Positions 11,728 through 22,159 of a stretch of DNA of 64,000 nucleotides are shown piece by piece. Below the pieces are notes generated by a model. The model made no database searches and was not told the origin of the DNA. It worked only from the letters and a program-made list of their open reading frames with translations. Both the position numbers and the translations under genes were made by a program. The stretch is from assembly GCA_053919585.1 (NCBI GenBank), contig JBSSHM010000097.1; one strand, written 5' to 3'. The first letter of the stretch is position 1, and each line of letters begins with the position of its first letter. This stretch comes from Euprymna scolopes. Taxonomy: Eukaryota.

Positions 11728-12608
11728 GAGATATTTTTTTGTCTAAGTTCTGAGTATAAATAAGGAATCATGATTGAAAAGACAATGAGTATCATCATCA
11801 TAGCTGAGGCGGCACCTTGACCCAGATCTCCTCGGGTGAACGCCATGGCATACATATAAGTAGCTGGCATATCAGAGGCATACCCAGGACCACCCCCAGT
11901 CATAGCAATAACTAGATCAAAACTTTTAATAGCAATATGTACAAGTACAACAAAAGAAGAGAAAAAAATCGGTGCCATAGCAGGAAAAATAATGGATAGA
12001 TAAATGCGATAATCTGGTACGCCGTCAATACGTGCAGATTGAATGATTTCTTGATTGATTGAGCGTAACCCAGCAAGAAATAAAGCCATAACAAAACCGG
12101 ATGATTGCCAAATAGCAGCAATAATAATTGCATAAATTGCCCATTTTGGATTGATAATCCAATCAAATTGAAAACTCTCCCACCCCCAACTATGCATCTG
12201 TGCCTCCAATCCCAATCCGGGATTCATCAGCCATTTCCAAGCAGTCCCAGTAACAATCATGCTAAGTGCAAGAGGATAAAGATAGATGGTTCGGATAAAC
12301 CCTTCAAAACGGATTTTTTGATCCAATAGTACAGCCAGCAATAAGCCAATGATCATGCTGATGCCAATAAAAAAGAAAATAAAGATGAATAGATTATCAA
12401 AAGCGACTTCCCAACGAGGGGAATCAAATAATCGTTCGTATTGAATCGTGCCTTTTAGATCATATTTTGGTAGGAGCTTTGATTTGGTAAAAGAAATATA
12501 AAGTGTCCATGCAATAAAGCCATAAACAAATACCGCAAGTGCAATCACTGATGGAGATAGCACAATCTTAGGTAAATGAGCTTCTAATTTTTTTAACATA
12601 GTAAGCAC
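11724..12608 (-). CDS. Sugar ABC permease (GtsB-like)
   Basis: SARIDG loop, MTGGGPGY, multiple TMs. Confidence 0.93.
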   Translation of the reverse strand: MLTMLKKLEAHLPKIVLSPSVIALAVFVYGFIAWTLYISFTKSKLLPKYDLKGTIQYERLFDSPRWEVAFDNLFIFIFFFIGISMIIGLLLAVLLDQKIRFEGFIRTIYLYPLALSMIVTGTAWKWLMNPGLGLEAQMHSWGWESFQFDWIINPKWAIYAIIIAAIWQSSGFVMALFLAGLRSINQEIIQSARIDGVPDYRIYLSIIFPAMAPIFFSSFVVLVHIAIKSFDLVIAMTGGGPGYASDMPATYMYAMAFTRGDLGQGAASAMMMILIVFSIMIPYLYSELRQKNIS

Positions 12609-12631
12609 AGGTATCTAGTGAGAGAGTGCAG

Positions 12632-12664
12632 TTCACAGCCCCAATATTTCATTGGAGCTGTGAA
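12632..12664 (-). promoter_or_regulatory. Intercistronic stem-loop after the binding-protein gene (mRNA stabiliser or partial terminator)
   Basis: Minus strand TTCACAGC-T-CCAAT/GAAAT/ATTGG-G-GCTGTGAA; the G-U pair forms only on the coding strand. Confidence 0.65.
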
Positions 12665-12677
12665 GATGGAAAATCCT

Positions 12678-13940
12678 TTATAAGGAATTTTTGACAGATT
12701 TTACTAATAGTTTAACAGCTTTTTCTGAACTCATATCACTATTAAAGTGTGCAGTGACTATATCAGTGATCGCCCCAGCTTGAGTTCCACGAAGAGCCAT
12801 TCCATGTGCATAGGATGGTAAAAGTGTTCCATTACCAGAAGAAACTGCCATATCATAGGCGGATTCTCTTGCACAATAATCAAAATCACCTAAGTCAGTA
12901 TTGGTTCTAGCAGGAATGGACCCCTTATTTAGGTTAAATGCTTTTTGGAAGTTATTACCCATAATTAATTTAGCCAATAACCTTTGCCCTTGTTTTTTGT
13001 TCGCACCAGATACTTTAAACATGGCAAAAGAATCAACATTATATAGATAACCACCACCTGGCGCAGAGGCACATAGATAATCGACACCGGGTAGTTTTCC
13101 AGCAACGCTAAATTCACCTTTTGCCCAATCCCCCATCACTTGGAAGGCGGCTTCACCTTTAATCACCATGGCGGTAGCTAGATTCCAGTCTCTTCCTGAA
13201 AAGTTTGGATCAACAAATCCTCTAAGCATGCGCATCTGATCAAATATTTTTTGCATTTTCTTTGAACCAAGTGTTTTAAGGTTCAAATCCACGAATGCAC
13301 GTTTAAAAAATTTTGGGCCACCAATACCTAAAGCAACTGTTTCAAACAAGGTAGCATCCTGCCAAGCTTGCCCACCATGAGCGAGGGGGATAATTCCTTG
13401 TTTTTTAAGTTTTTTTGCCATACGATTAAATTGTGCCCATGAATTTGGCATCTCATAGATTTTTGCTTTAGCTAATACTTTTGCATTTGCCCATAGCCAA
13501 TCAACTCGATGCACGTTTACGGGAGCTGCACACCACTTCCCTTCACATTTCATATGTTGAGCAATGGCCTCAGGTAACACTTCATCCCATTTCTCAGTTT
13601 TGGCAACATCACTGATGTCAGCGAGCACACCTTCTTCATACCATTCTTGAATGGTTGGTCCTTTAATTTGTGCAGCTGCAGGTGCATTACCAGAGAGTAC
13701 ACGAGCACGCAGTGCTGTTGCTGCAGCATCACCTCCACCACCAGCAACAGGCATATCTACCCATTTTCCGCCATTATCAGCAAATTCTTTTTTTAACACA
13801 CCAACAGACTTTGCTTCCCCTCCAGAAGTCCAATAGTGCAATACTTCAACTTCAGGGGCGGCTAGGGAGTTGCCGGCAAATAATCCAGCTACCATCAATG
13901 AGGCAGTGGCTACTTTCATTACTTTATGAGATTTCATCAT
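12678..13940 (-). CDS. Glucose/mannose-type ABC substrate-binding protein (GtsA-like)
   Basis: Signal peptide; EVLHYWTSGGEAK, PVNVHRVDW, MGDWAKGEF; next to hexR and ED genes. Confidence 0.9.
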   Translation of the reverse strand: MMKSHKVMKVATASLMVAGLFAGNSLAAPEVEVLHYWTSGGEAKSVGVLKKEFADNGGKWVDMPVAGGGGDAAATALRARVLSGNAPAAAQIKGPTIQEWYEEGVLADISDVAKTEKWDEVLPEAIAQHMKCEGKWCAAPVNVHRVDWLWANAKVLAKAKIYEMPNSWAQFNRMAKKLKKQGIIPLAHGGQAWQDATLFETVALGIGGPKFFKRAFVDLNLKTLGSKKMQKIFDQMRMLRGFVDPNFSGRDWNLATAMVIKGEAAFQVMGDWAKGEFSVAGKLPGVDYLCASAPGGGYLYNVDSFAMFKVSGANKKQGQRLLAKLIMGNNFQKAFNLNKGSIPARTNTDLGDFDYCARESAYDMAVSSGNGTLLPSYAHGMALRGTQAGAITDIVTAHFNSDMSSEKAVKLLVKSVKNSL

Positions 13941-13980
13941 ATCTTCTCCTTGTTGAGTTTACGTATGTACTTCACAATTT

Positions 13981-13995
13981 TTTAATGATACTACA
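13981..13995. promoter_or_regulatory. Candidate HexR operator upstream of the ABC operon
   Basis: Minus strand tGTAGTatcATTAAa resembles the HexR palindrome TGTAAT-N3-ATTACA. Confidence 0.45.
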
Positions 13996-14024
13996 TAAAT
14001 AACATTATTGTTATAGAATGAGCT

Positions 14025-14864
14025 TTACAAGCGGCTTTTTTTTACTTTTTCTCGTATGGTTTGAATGTTTTTTGCACTGACTATATCTTTTTTGGCAAGT
14101 AAAGTTATCAAAATATCAATGATGACCAAATGCATTATACGGGAACTCATGGGGTCTGACTGACTTTCTTCTAAGCTTGTTTCAGCATTTAGCACCACAT
14201 CACATAAACTGGCTAATTTTGAAGTTGAGCGAGTGATACCAATACAAGGGATAGCGTTTTGACGGGCAGAGTGTGCTATATCAATAATATGTGTGGTTTT
14301 TCCTGTATAGGAAATCAAACAAAGTACATCGGAGCTAGTAAATATTGAACAAAGCATTTGTTGATTGATATAATCATTTTTACAAAATGTAGGAATACCA
14401 AATCTAAGGAATTTATGTTGAGCATCTAAAGCAACGGAATCCGAAGCACCAACCCCAAAAAAAGCGATATGATTTGCTTGAGCAAATAATTCTACCGCCT
14501 TTTCTATTTCATCAATCGAGGTAGAAAATTTAATGGAATTGATACTCTGGGAAACAACATCTAAAATCCTATCACGAGTTTGCAGACTATCTTCTTCACC
14601 TGAAAAACTTACTTTCTTAACTTGATGCAATTGAGATATTTCTTGTGTGATTCGCATTTTAAAATCAGGAAACCCTTTACATCCTAATTTCTTTGTCAGC
14701 CTATTGATTGTTGGCTCACTGACTTGTGAATGTTTAGCTAAAGTTTGGATAGACATGGTGGTAATGCGAGCATAATCCCCATCAATGTAATGCAATATTT
14801 TCTCATCAGCTTTGCTAAGCTTAATATCGGGGCTATTGAGTTTTTTTAGTATGGAGGTATGCAT
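14025..14864 (-). CDS. hexR: RpiR/HexR-family transcriptional regulator
   Basis: VSEPTINRL HTH, GFPDFK, SIS domain; divergent from zwf; the start may extend to 14912. Confidence 0.88.
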   Translation of the reverse strand: MHTSILKKLNSPDIKLSKADEKILHYIDGDYARITTMSIQTLAKHSQVSEPTINRLTKKLGCKGFPDFKMRITQEISQLHQVKKVSFSGEEDSLQTRDRILDVVSQSINSIKFSTSIDEIEKAVELFAQANHIAFFGVGASDSVALDAQHKFLRFGIPTFCKNDYINQQMLCSIFTSSDVLCLISYTGKTTHIIDIAHSARQNAIPCIGITRSTSKLASLCDVVLNAETSLEESQSDPMSSRIMHLVIIDILITLLAKKDIVSAKNIQTIREKVKKSRL

Positions 14865-14947
14865 TGTGCATTGATTGTCTAGTTGATTATTTGTGTAAGA
14901 AATTCTTAACATTTAAAGTATAATATTATTACACAATCCTAATTAAA

Positions 14948-14962
14948 AGTAATTATATTACA
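14948..14962. promoter_or_regulatory. HexR operator between hexR and zwf
   Basis: aGTAAT-tat-ATTACa inverted repeat. Confidence 0.7.
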
Positions 14963-15002
14963 AAAAATAAGATCATAATCAAATTATATATTTAACCAAG
15001 GC

Positions 15003-16454
15003 ATGTCTATTTCTCATAAAAAACAAGATAATAAAGTTTTTGATTTATTGCTTTTTGGAGCTTCAGGAAACTTGGCGTTAACAAAGATTTTACCAAGTTT
15101 ATATTTGCGATTTTTAGGCAATGATATTGCAGAAAAATCACAAATTATTGGCACAGGGACAAAAAACCATTCTGATGAGACTTTTCGCAAAATTGTTGCT
15201 GAAAATCTCATCAAGCATCTCCCAGCTAAGCGAATTAACAAAAAAAAGGTTGTTGAATTTTGTATCTTGGTTACCTACCATAAAATGGATGTTCATCATG
15301 CTGATTTTGCATCCATCAAAAAACTTTTGCGTGTAGAGACCTTACGTATTATTTATCTTTCTATCCCCTCACAGCATTTTTATGTCAGCCTAGAAAAAAT
15401 ACATGAAAATGGCGTAATTAATGAGTATTCACGATTAATTGTTGAAAAACCATTGGGCAATGATTTATCTTCTATGCAAGTGATTAACAATAAAATCACT
15501 CAGTACTTTAATGAAAATCAAGTCTATCGAATTGATCACTACTTAGGTAAAGAATCTGTACAAAATCTGATGATTTTGCGTTTTGCTAATGCTTATTTTG
15601 AACCTTTATGGAATTCTACGCATATTGAGCATGTACAAATCTCTGTAGCAGAGAATATTGGCATTGAGGGTAGAGAAGAGTTTTATGATGCAGTGGGTGC
15701 CTTGCGAGATATGGTACAAAATCATCTTATGCAACTGTTATCACTGATCGCTATGGAGGCACCAGTTAGTTTAGATGCAGATAATATTCGAGATGAAAAG
15801 GTTAAGGTTATCAGTAGTTTACGAGTAGCTCCATTAGGTGATACGGTACGAGCTATTTATGAAGGTAACGATAAAGAAAATAGCTATTTACAAGATGTCA
15901 ATAATCCTAATTCAGAAACCGAGACTTACACAGCATTAGTTGCTTATATTGATAACTGGCGTTGGCATGGTGTGCCGTTTTATTTACGAACGGGTAAGAA
16001 GCTTTCTAAACGCACCTCTGAAATCATCATCACATTTAAAAATAAATCTCATATTCTCTTTCCTAGTCGAGTGAACAAATACACCAATAAATTGATTATT
16101 CGTTTACAGCCTAATGAAGGTGTACAGTTGATTACAACGGTTAAAGATCCTTATAAATCAAAACTATCTCTCAAAGACTTCCCTATTGACATGTTCTTTG
16201 ATGAGATGAAAGAAGATACGGATGTGGATGTATTATCTGCTTATGAGAAATTGCTCATGGAAGTGGTGGCAGGTAATCAAACATTATTTATGCGTTATGA
16301 TGAAATTCAAGCTTCATGGAAATGGATTGATGCTATTATTGAGCAATGGAGAAACTCAGCAGAAGGATTAGCAAGATACGATATTGGCACAGAAGGGCCA
16401 AAAGAGGCGGAACTATTGCTATTAAAAAATGGACATACGTGGGATAAACTATGA
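15003..16454 (+). CDS. zwf: Glucose-6-phosphate 1-dehydrogenase
   Basis: RIDHYLGKE, EKPLG, WHGVPFYLRTGK. Confidence 0.97.
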   Translation: MSISHKKQDNKVFDLLLFGASGNLALTKILPSLYLRFLGNDIAEKSQIIGTGTKNHSDETFRKIVAENLIKHLPAKRINKKKVVEFCILVTYHKMDVHHADFASIKKLLRVETLRIIYLSIPSQHFYVSLEKIHENGVINEYSRLIVEKPLGNDLSSMQVINNKITQYFNENQVYRIDHYLGKESVQNLMILRFANAYFEPLWNSTHIEHVQISVAENIGIEGREEFYDAVGALRDMVQNHLMQLLSLIAMEAPVSLDADNIRDEKVKVISSLRVAPLGDTVRAIYEGNDKENSYLQDVNNPNSETETYTALVAYIDNWRWHGVPFYLRTGKKLSKRTSEIIITFKNKSHILFPSRVNKYTNKLIIRLQPNEGVQLITTVKDPYKSKLSLKDFPIDMFFDEMKEDTDVDVLSAYEKLLMEVVAGNQTLFMRYDEIQASWKWIDAIIEQWRNSAEGLARYDIGTEGPKEAELLLLKNGHTWDKL

Positions 16455-17143
16455 ACAAGCAAATGCCGTCCATACAGCAATACAATAATCGACAACACTT
16501 TGCAGAGCAAGTAGCCAAAAGCATTTACCAGCCATTATCACAAGCATTGTCAGGTGATTTACAGGCTAAAGTATCCGTAGGTTTGAGTGGTGGTAATACA
16601 CCGATACAGGTATACCAACAATTATCTGCAAAAAACTTAGCGTGGTCACGAATACAAGCCATTGTCTGTGATGAAAGAATAGTTGACAGCACAAGCGAGG
16701 ATTTTAATGGGAGGATGATTGCCACATCATTATTGCAAAATCAAGCACAAGCATGCACATTTATACCTTTTGATTTATCGCAACATTCCCTATCTTTTTA
16801 TGCTAAGAAAATCAGCACCATACTTCCTCTTGATGTATGTGTGTTAGGGATGGGTACAGATTGCCACAGTGCATCAATTTTTCACGATGCCGAAAACTTA
16901 CAGGATTTACTGCTGGATAGAGAGAAAGAAATCTTGCTAAAAACCTCCTCACCGAGAATGCCACAACAACGGGTGACTCTAACCATGCCTGTGCTACAAC
17001 AAAGCAAAAGTATACACTTACTGATTCAAGGAGAGGAGAAGTTTGCTGCTTTGCAACATGCACTCACTCATCAATGCATAGAACATGCCCCCATACTTGG
17101 TGTGGCGTCCTTGCCACAAACGACCATACACTATTGCTTATAG
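16451..17143 (+). CDS. pgl: 6-phosphogluconolactonase
   Basis: LSGGNTP, DER, LGMGTDCHSASIF. Confidence 0.93.
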   Translation: MNKQMPSIQQYNNRQHFAEQVAKSIYQPLSQALSGDLQAKVSVGLSGGNTPIQVYQQLSAKNLAWSRIQAIVCDERIVDSTSEDFNGRMIATSLLQNQAQACTFIPFDLSQHSLSFYAKKISTILPLDVCVLGMGTDCHSASIFHDAENLQDLLLDREKEILLKTSSPRMPQQRVTLTMPVLQQSKSIHLLIQGEEKFAALQHALTHQCIEHAPILGVASLPQTTIHYCL

Positions 17144-17148
17144 ATACC

Positions 17149-18942
17149 ATGAACGTCAATTCTACCCTACAAAAAATCACTGAGCGAATTCAACAACGTT
17201 CGGCACAAACTAGAGAACACTATCTTGCCCGTATTGATCAGCAAATACAACAAGGACCAAGGCGACAATACCTAAGCTGTACAGCACAGGCACATACCTA
17301 TGCTGCTTCGCCAAAAAACGAAAAACTCACTTTAGTTTCATTAAGCAAGCCAAACTTTGCTATCATCAGTGCCTATAATGACATGCTCTCTGCTCACCAG
17401 CCATTTAAAAGTTATCCGGATTTGATTAAAAAAGAATTGGCACAATTAGGGGCAACGGCACAAGTTGCCTCGGGCGTACCAGCAATGTGTGATGGCATTA
17501 CGCAGGGTTCATCAGGCATGGAGCTTTCCTTGTTCTCACGTGATGTGATTGCTCTATCCAGTGCCATTGGCTTATCACATAATGTATTTGATGGAGCGAT
17601 ATTCCTTGGCATATGTGATAAGATTGCCCCTGGTATGTGCATTGCTGCAGCTCAATTTGGTTATTTGCCAGCGTTATTCATGCCAGCAGGACCGATGACC
17701 TCAAATATTCGGAACGATGAGAAAGCCTCCGCACGCAAGCGATATGCTCGTGGAGAAATTAGCCGAGAGGAGTTGCTCAATTCTGAAATGAAAGCCTATC
17801 ACAGCAGTGGTACGTGTACCTTTTATGGCACAGCCAACACTAACCAAATGCTCCTTGAAGTCATGGGGTTACAACTTCCTAATTCCTCTTTTGCTAATCC
17901 CGATAGTGAACTTCGCCATGCTTTTAATCAAAAAGCGTTAGAGGTGTTGATGGGTATGGCACAAAAAAAGATTCTAGGCAAGGATATTTTTGCAGTGAAA
18001 AATTTTGTTAATGCTATGGTGGCCTTAAATGCCACAGGTGGTTCAACCAATTTAGTAATTCATCTTATTGCCATGGCAAAAGCTAGTGGTATTATGCTGA
18101 CGGTAAAAGATATTGCTGATATATCAGACATTACACCATTAATTGCTCGCATATACCCAAATTCTCATGCCGATGTGAATTATTTTCATGCTCTAGGTGG
18201 TGTACCTTGGGTAATCAATCAGCTACATAAAAAAGGGTTATTACATCCAGATTGCCAAACCATTCTAGGCAAGGGTATTCAAGCATACTGCCAAGAAGCT
18301 TTTGTTGATGAAAAAGGCAAGCTTAATTATCGCCCTGTGGAAGAATGCAGTGCCGATGAAACTATCCTCACCTCCGTGCAAAAACCTTTCCAACAAACAG
18401 GTGGCATTACTCACCTTAGTGGCAACATTGGTGAGGCAGTGATTAAAAGTTCAGCAGTAAAGCCTAAGCATTTTGTGATTCAAGCTCCTGCACGTGTGTT
18501 TAGCAATCAAGAGCAAGTTAAAGTGGCCTATCAAGCAAATAAATTAAATGAAGATTGCGTCATTGTTGTGCGTTTTCAAGGTCCCAAATCAAATGGCATG
18601 CCAGAATTACATTCGCTCACTCCCATGCTTTCTAACTTGCAAGATTTAGGCTATCAAGTGGCAATTATTACTGATGGGCGTATGAGTGGGGCATCCGGCA
18701 CGGTACCAGCAGCTATTCACCTTACTCCTGAGGCAGCCAGTGGAGGAAATATCGCTCGTATAAAAGAGGGAGATCTTATCACCTTAGATATTCATACACA
18801 AATCCTCACTGTGCATGCAAATTTGGAAAATAGAGAATGTGCCACAGCAGTGGAAGAAAAACTATTGATTAATGGCACACAGATGTTTCACACGATGCGC
18901 AAGGTATGCACCCCTGCTACTGAAGGAGCAACCACTTTTTAA
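17149..18942 (+). CDS. edd: Phosphogluconate dehydratase
   Basis: AYNDMLSAHQP, AMCDGITQG, GTCTFYGTANTNQM, TDGRMSGASG; start re-assigned to ATG 17149. Confidence 0.97.
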   Translation: MNVNSTLQKITERIQQRSAQTREHYLARIDQQIQQGPRRQYLSCTAQAHTYAASPKNEKLTLVSLSKPNFAIISAYNDMLSAHQPFKSYPDLIKKELAQLGATAQVASGVPAMCDGITQGSSGMELSLFSRDVIALSSAIGLSHNVFDGAIFLGICDKIAPGMCIAAAQFGYLPALFMPAGPMTSNIRNDEKASARKRYARGEISREELLNSEMKAYHSSGTCTFYGTANTNQMLLEVMGLQLPNSSFANPDSELRHAFNQKALEVLMGMAQKKILGKDIFAVKNFVNAMVALNATGGSTNLVIHLIAMAKASGIMLTVKDIADISDITPLIARIYPNSHADVNYFHALGGVPWVINQLHKKGLLHPDCQTILGKGIQAYCQEAFVDEKGKLNYRPVEECSADETILTSVQKPFQQTGGITHLSGNIGEAVIKSSAVKPKHFVIQAPARVFSNQEQVKVAYQANKLNEDCVIVVRFQGPKSNGMPELHSLTPMLSNLQDLGYQVAIITDGRMSGASGTVPAAIHLTPEAASGGNIARIKEGDLITLDIHTQILTVHANLENRECATAVEEKLLINGTQMFHTMRKVCTPATEGATTF

Positions 18943-18965
18943 GCCTATTTTTATAAGATACAGCG

Positions 18966-19574
18966 ATGAATAAAATTCAACTTTCTGCCGAAAGCCAGCC
19001 ATTGAACCAGCCCAATCAACAATTGATTAGCGATTTAAAGAATTCCCCCATTATTGCGGTGCTGAGAGTCGATAATCTCAAGCAGACGCAGCAGCAGGTG
19101 GAAGAGTTAGCCAAACATGGTTGCAACACTATTGAAATTACCCTGCGTACGTCATTAGGGTTAACTGCTATTGAAACTTTAGCTAAGGACTCCTCATTGC
19201 GAGTGGGTGCTGGCACGATTACCAACTATCAACAATGCCTAGATGCTTATCACAGTGGGGCAAGCTTTATCGTTTCTCCCGGTGTGAATCAAGGGATTTT
19301 ACAAGCCGTGCAAACACACAACCTCCCCTTTATTGGAGGGGTGAGTACGCTCAGCGAAGCCATGTTTCTCTATGAGCAAGGCTATCAATTAATGAAATTC
19401 TTTCCAGCGGAGGCAAATGGTGGTGTGCAAACGCTCAAAGCATGGTCAGAACCCATGCCACATTTATACTTCTGTCCTACGGGAGGCATTAATGCCAATA
19501 ATTATCAAGAGTATCTGGCATTGCCGAATGTGGTGTGTGTGGGTAGCTCCAAGCCTTTAGAATTGGTAAAATAA
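18966..19574 (+). CDS. eda: KDPG aldolase
   Basis: EITLRT, VGAGT, KFFPAE, FCPTGGI. Confidence 0.96.
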   Translation: MNKIQLSAESQPLNQPNQQLISDLKNSPIIAVLRVDNLKQTQQQVEELAKHGCNTIEITLRTSLGLTAIETLAKDSSLRVGAGTITNYQQCLDAYHSGASFIVSPGVNQGILQAVQTHNLPFIGGVSTLSEAMFLYEQGYQLMKFFPAEANGGVQTLKAWSEPMPHLYFCPTGGINANNYQEYLALPNVVCVGSSKPLELVK

Positions 19575-19725
19575 CCATAGCTGATACAAAACAAAACTCT
19601 TGGCTTAGATTGGCTTGGCTCAAGGTCTTTGTTTTTGTAAGCAGAGGCTTGCGAGATGGTTTGTCAGTCATCAATCATCATCATATATGTGTGACTAAAC
19701 ATAAAAAATAACAAAAGAAGTATCC

Positions 19726-20936
19726 ATGATTGCTAGTATTTCTCCTCTTTTGCACAGCATCTTGTTAGTACTGGTGGTCTCCATAGCATTTATTGCCTTA
19801 TGGTTGTTGTTGGGCTTTTTTTTCCTTTGTGTGTGTGATAGGGAGACATTGCGTACTAGATTGCTAAAGTGTGAAGCAGTATGGCTACAGTATAGAAAAA
19901 TAGGTCTTTTGCTCAGTGTGGTGCTGGGTATTGGTTTAGCCGGTGGCTTGTATGTTTTATTAGCTAGTGTAGGGTGGTTTACTGCATTCAATAATCAGCA
20001 TGGCAATACCATGCTTTTACAAAATGTGTTATTAATTGTCTTGGCATTGCCCTTATCCTTTTATCTGTGGTACTTACGTAATTATGATAAGTTGAAGTCC
20101 ATTCAACAACAAGAAGAAAGCAATAATTTTGCCAATTTTTCGCATGCTGTGCAGCTTTTTTTAACTGAGAATAATCCCAATGCACAGGCAGTAGGAATAA
20201 TACTATTAGCGAAACTTAAGCAACAGGGGTTATTTAAGGAAGAGATTGATTTAGTCACGCCGAATAAACAGTTATCAGGTATTAATCTATACGGAGCAGA
20301 TTTATCAGGCATCAATTTATCGGGATCGGATTTATCGGGATCGGATTTATCGGGAGCGAATTTATCGGGAGCAGATTTATCAGGGGTGAATTTAAAGGGA
20401 TCGTATTTATCGGGATCGTATTTATCGGGATCGGATTTATCGGGAGCGAATTTATTGGAGCGAATTTATTGGGAGCGAATTTATTGGGAGCGAATTTATC
20501 GGGAGCGAATTTATCGGAAGCGAATTTATCGGGAGCGAATTTATTGAGAGTGAATTTATCGGAAGCGAATTTATCAGGGGTGAATTTAAAGGGATCGTAT
20601 TTATCGGGATCGGATTTATCGGGATCGGATTTATCGGGATCGGATTTATCGGGAGCGAATTTATTGAGAGCGAATTTATCGGGAGCGAATTTATTGAGAG
20701 CGAATTTATCGGGAGCGAATTTATCGGGAGCGAATTTATCGGGAGCGGATTTATCGGGAGTAAAGTTTTATGGAGTACGGATATCCATAGATAGATCTCA
20801 ACATCACGATCAATCGGTATGGACGCATCAGCAGATAATAGATTTAATACAGAGTGCTGAGTCTATATTTAAGGATGCTGTGCGAGTGTGGATTATTGAG
20901 CAGAGTAACAATACGTATAAATTGAAGGAAGTCTGA
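19726..20936 (+). CDS. Membrane protein with pentapeptide-repeat domain, one frameshift (~20455)
   Basis: Three TMs then (A/S)(N/D)LSG repeats in ORFs 19726-20547 and 20469-20936; one unit lacks a G. Confidence 0.85.
20275..20760 (+). repeat. 15-bp coding tandem repeat, roughly 30 units
   Basis: Units such as gcgaatttatcggga and tcggatttatcggga. Confidence 0.95.
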
Positions 20937-20951
20937 TAAGGGTTTGATGAA

Positions 20952-22148
20952 GTGACGATGCATAGTTTGGAAACTTTAGCCGATGAGGCGTTAGCCTTGT
21001 GTGAGAAGTTGGAGAGTTTTAGCTCGCAATCACAGGGGATTGAGCGTTTTGTGCTTACTCCTGCCATGCAGGCGGCACAGGCATATTTACAAGCGTATTT
21101 TGCCAAGTCGTTACACACACAAGTAGATAGAGTGGGGAATGTGTTGTTTTCTCCATTGCAGGATAGTTTTCCTAAAAAACGCCTGTTAATGGGTTCGCAT
21201 TTAGATAGCGTACGTCATGCAGGTAAATATGATGGGGTATTGGGGGTGGTGATGGGATTATTGTGTGCTAGGGAATACAGCAATGAGCGTGTGGCAGTTC
21301 ATACGGTGGCGTTTGCTGATGAGGAGGGGGGGCGTTTTGGCTCTCGTTTTTTGGGAAGTTTGAATTTTATTGGCGAGTTGCCTGATGCGTATTTGTTGGC
21401 TCAAGATGAGCAGGGATTTGCCTTGCAAGATGCTCTGCATGATGATAAGCGAGAGGATTTTTCTGATTTTCTGGCAGATGATGTTCCTACTAGTTTTATT
21501 GAATTACATAGTGAACAGGGTTTGGCTTTGCATCAGGCTGATTGTTCATTAGGGGTGGTGCAGTGTATTGGTGGGCAGGCGGTGTTGAGTATGACGTTTC
21601 GGGGGCGTACAGCTCATGCGGTGTCGCCATGTGCTAGGCAAGATGCATTATTAAGTGCGTGTGAGTTGGTGTCGCAGGCACAGAAAATTTTTGCTGAGAG
21701 TGAGGATTTGCGTTTAACTTTTGGTTATATGCATAATTCACCAAATCAAAGTAATGTGGTGAGTGATGTGACGGTGGTGAAGGCGGATGTGCGACATATT
21801 CATGATGAGAGAAGGGAGCAGGCAATAGAGCGTATTATTGGTTTAGCTGAGGAGATTGCTGGCTTGCATGGTACACAGGTGTCAGTAAAAATTGAGGCAC
21901 ATCCTAGCACGGTGATGGATGAAAAGTTGAGTAGCCAGTTAGCTAATGTGTGTAATGAGCAGAAGATTGCTTATCAATCGATGGTGAGTTATGCAGGGCA
22001 TGATGCGTTGGTGATGACAGATAAAGTGCCGAGTGCGTTAGTATTTTTGCGAGATGATAAGGGGGTGAGCCATCATCCGGATGAATCGGTAGATAGGCAG
22101 GCAATGATTGATGCTTTTTGTGTATTGAAAGCTTTTAGTGATAAGTAA
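20952..22148 (+). CDS. M20 Zn amidohydrolase (allantoate amidohydrolase / N-carbamoyl-amino-acid hydrolase family)
   Basis: GSHLDSV, GKYDG, DEEGGRF, ELHSEQG, AGHDA, SHHPDE. Confidence 0.9.
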   Translation: MTMHSLETLADEALALCEKLESFSSQSQGIERFVLTPAMQAAQAYLQAYFAKSLHTQVDRVGNVLFSPLQDSFPKKRLLMGSHLDSVRHAGKYDGVLGVVMGLLCAREYSNERVAVHTVAFADEEGGRFGSRFLGSLNFIGELPDAYLLAQDEQGFALQDALHDDKREDFSDFLADDVPTSFIELHSEQGLALHQADCSLGVVQCIGGQAVLSMTFRGRTAHAVSPCARQDALLSACELVSQAQKIFAESEDLRLTFGYMHNSPNQSNVVSDVTVVKADVRHIHDERREQAIERIIGLAEEIAGLHGTQVSVKIEAHPSTVMDEKLSSQLANVCNEQKIAYQSMVSYAGHDALVMTDKVPSALVFLRDDKGVSHHPDESVDRQAMIDAFCVLKAFSDK

Positions 22149-22159
22149 AAAAGGAGTGA

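Noticed and set aside
20469-20547. ERIYW/ERIYR peptide repeat as a real protein motif
   Set aside because: It is the out-of-frame reading of the pentapeptide repeat after the frameshift.
20275-20760. CRISPR array
   Set aside because: Contiguous 15-bp coding repeats with no unique spacers and no cas genes.
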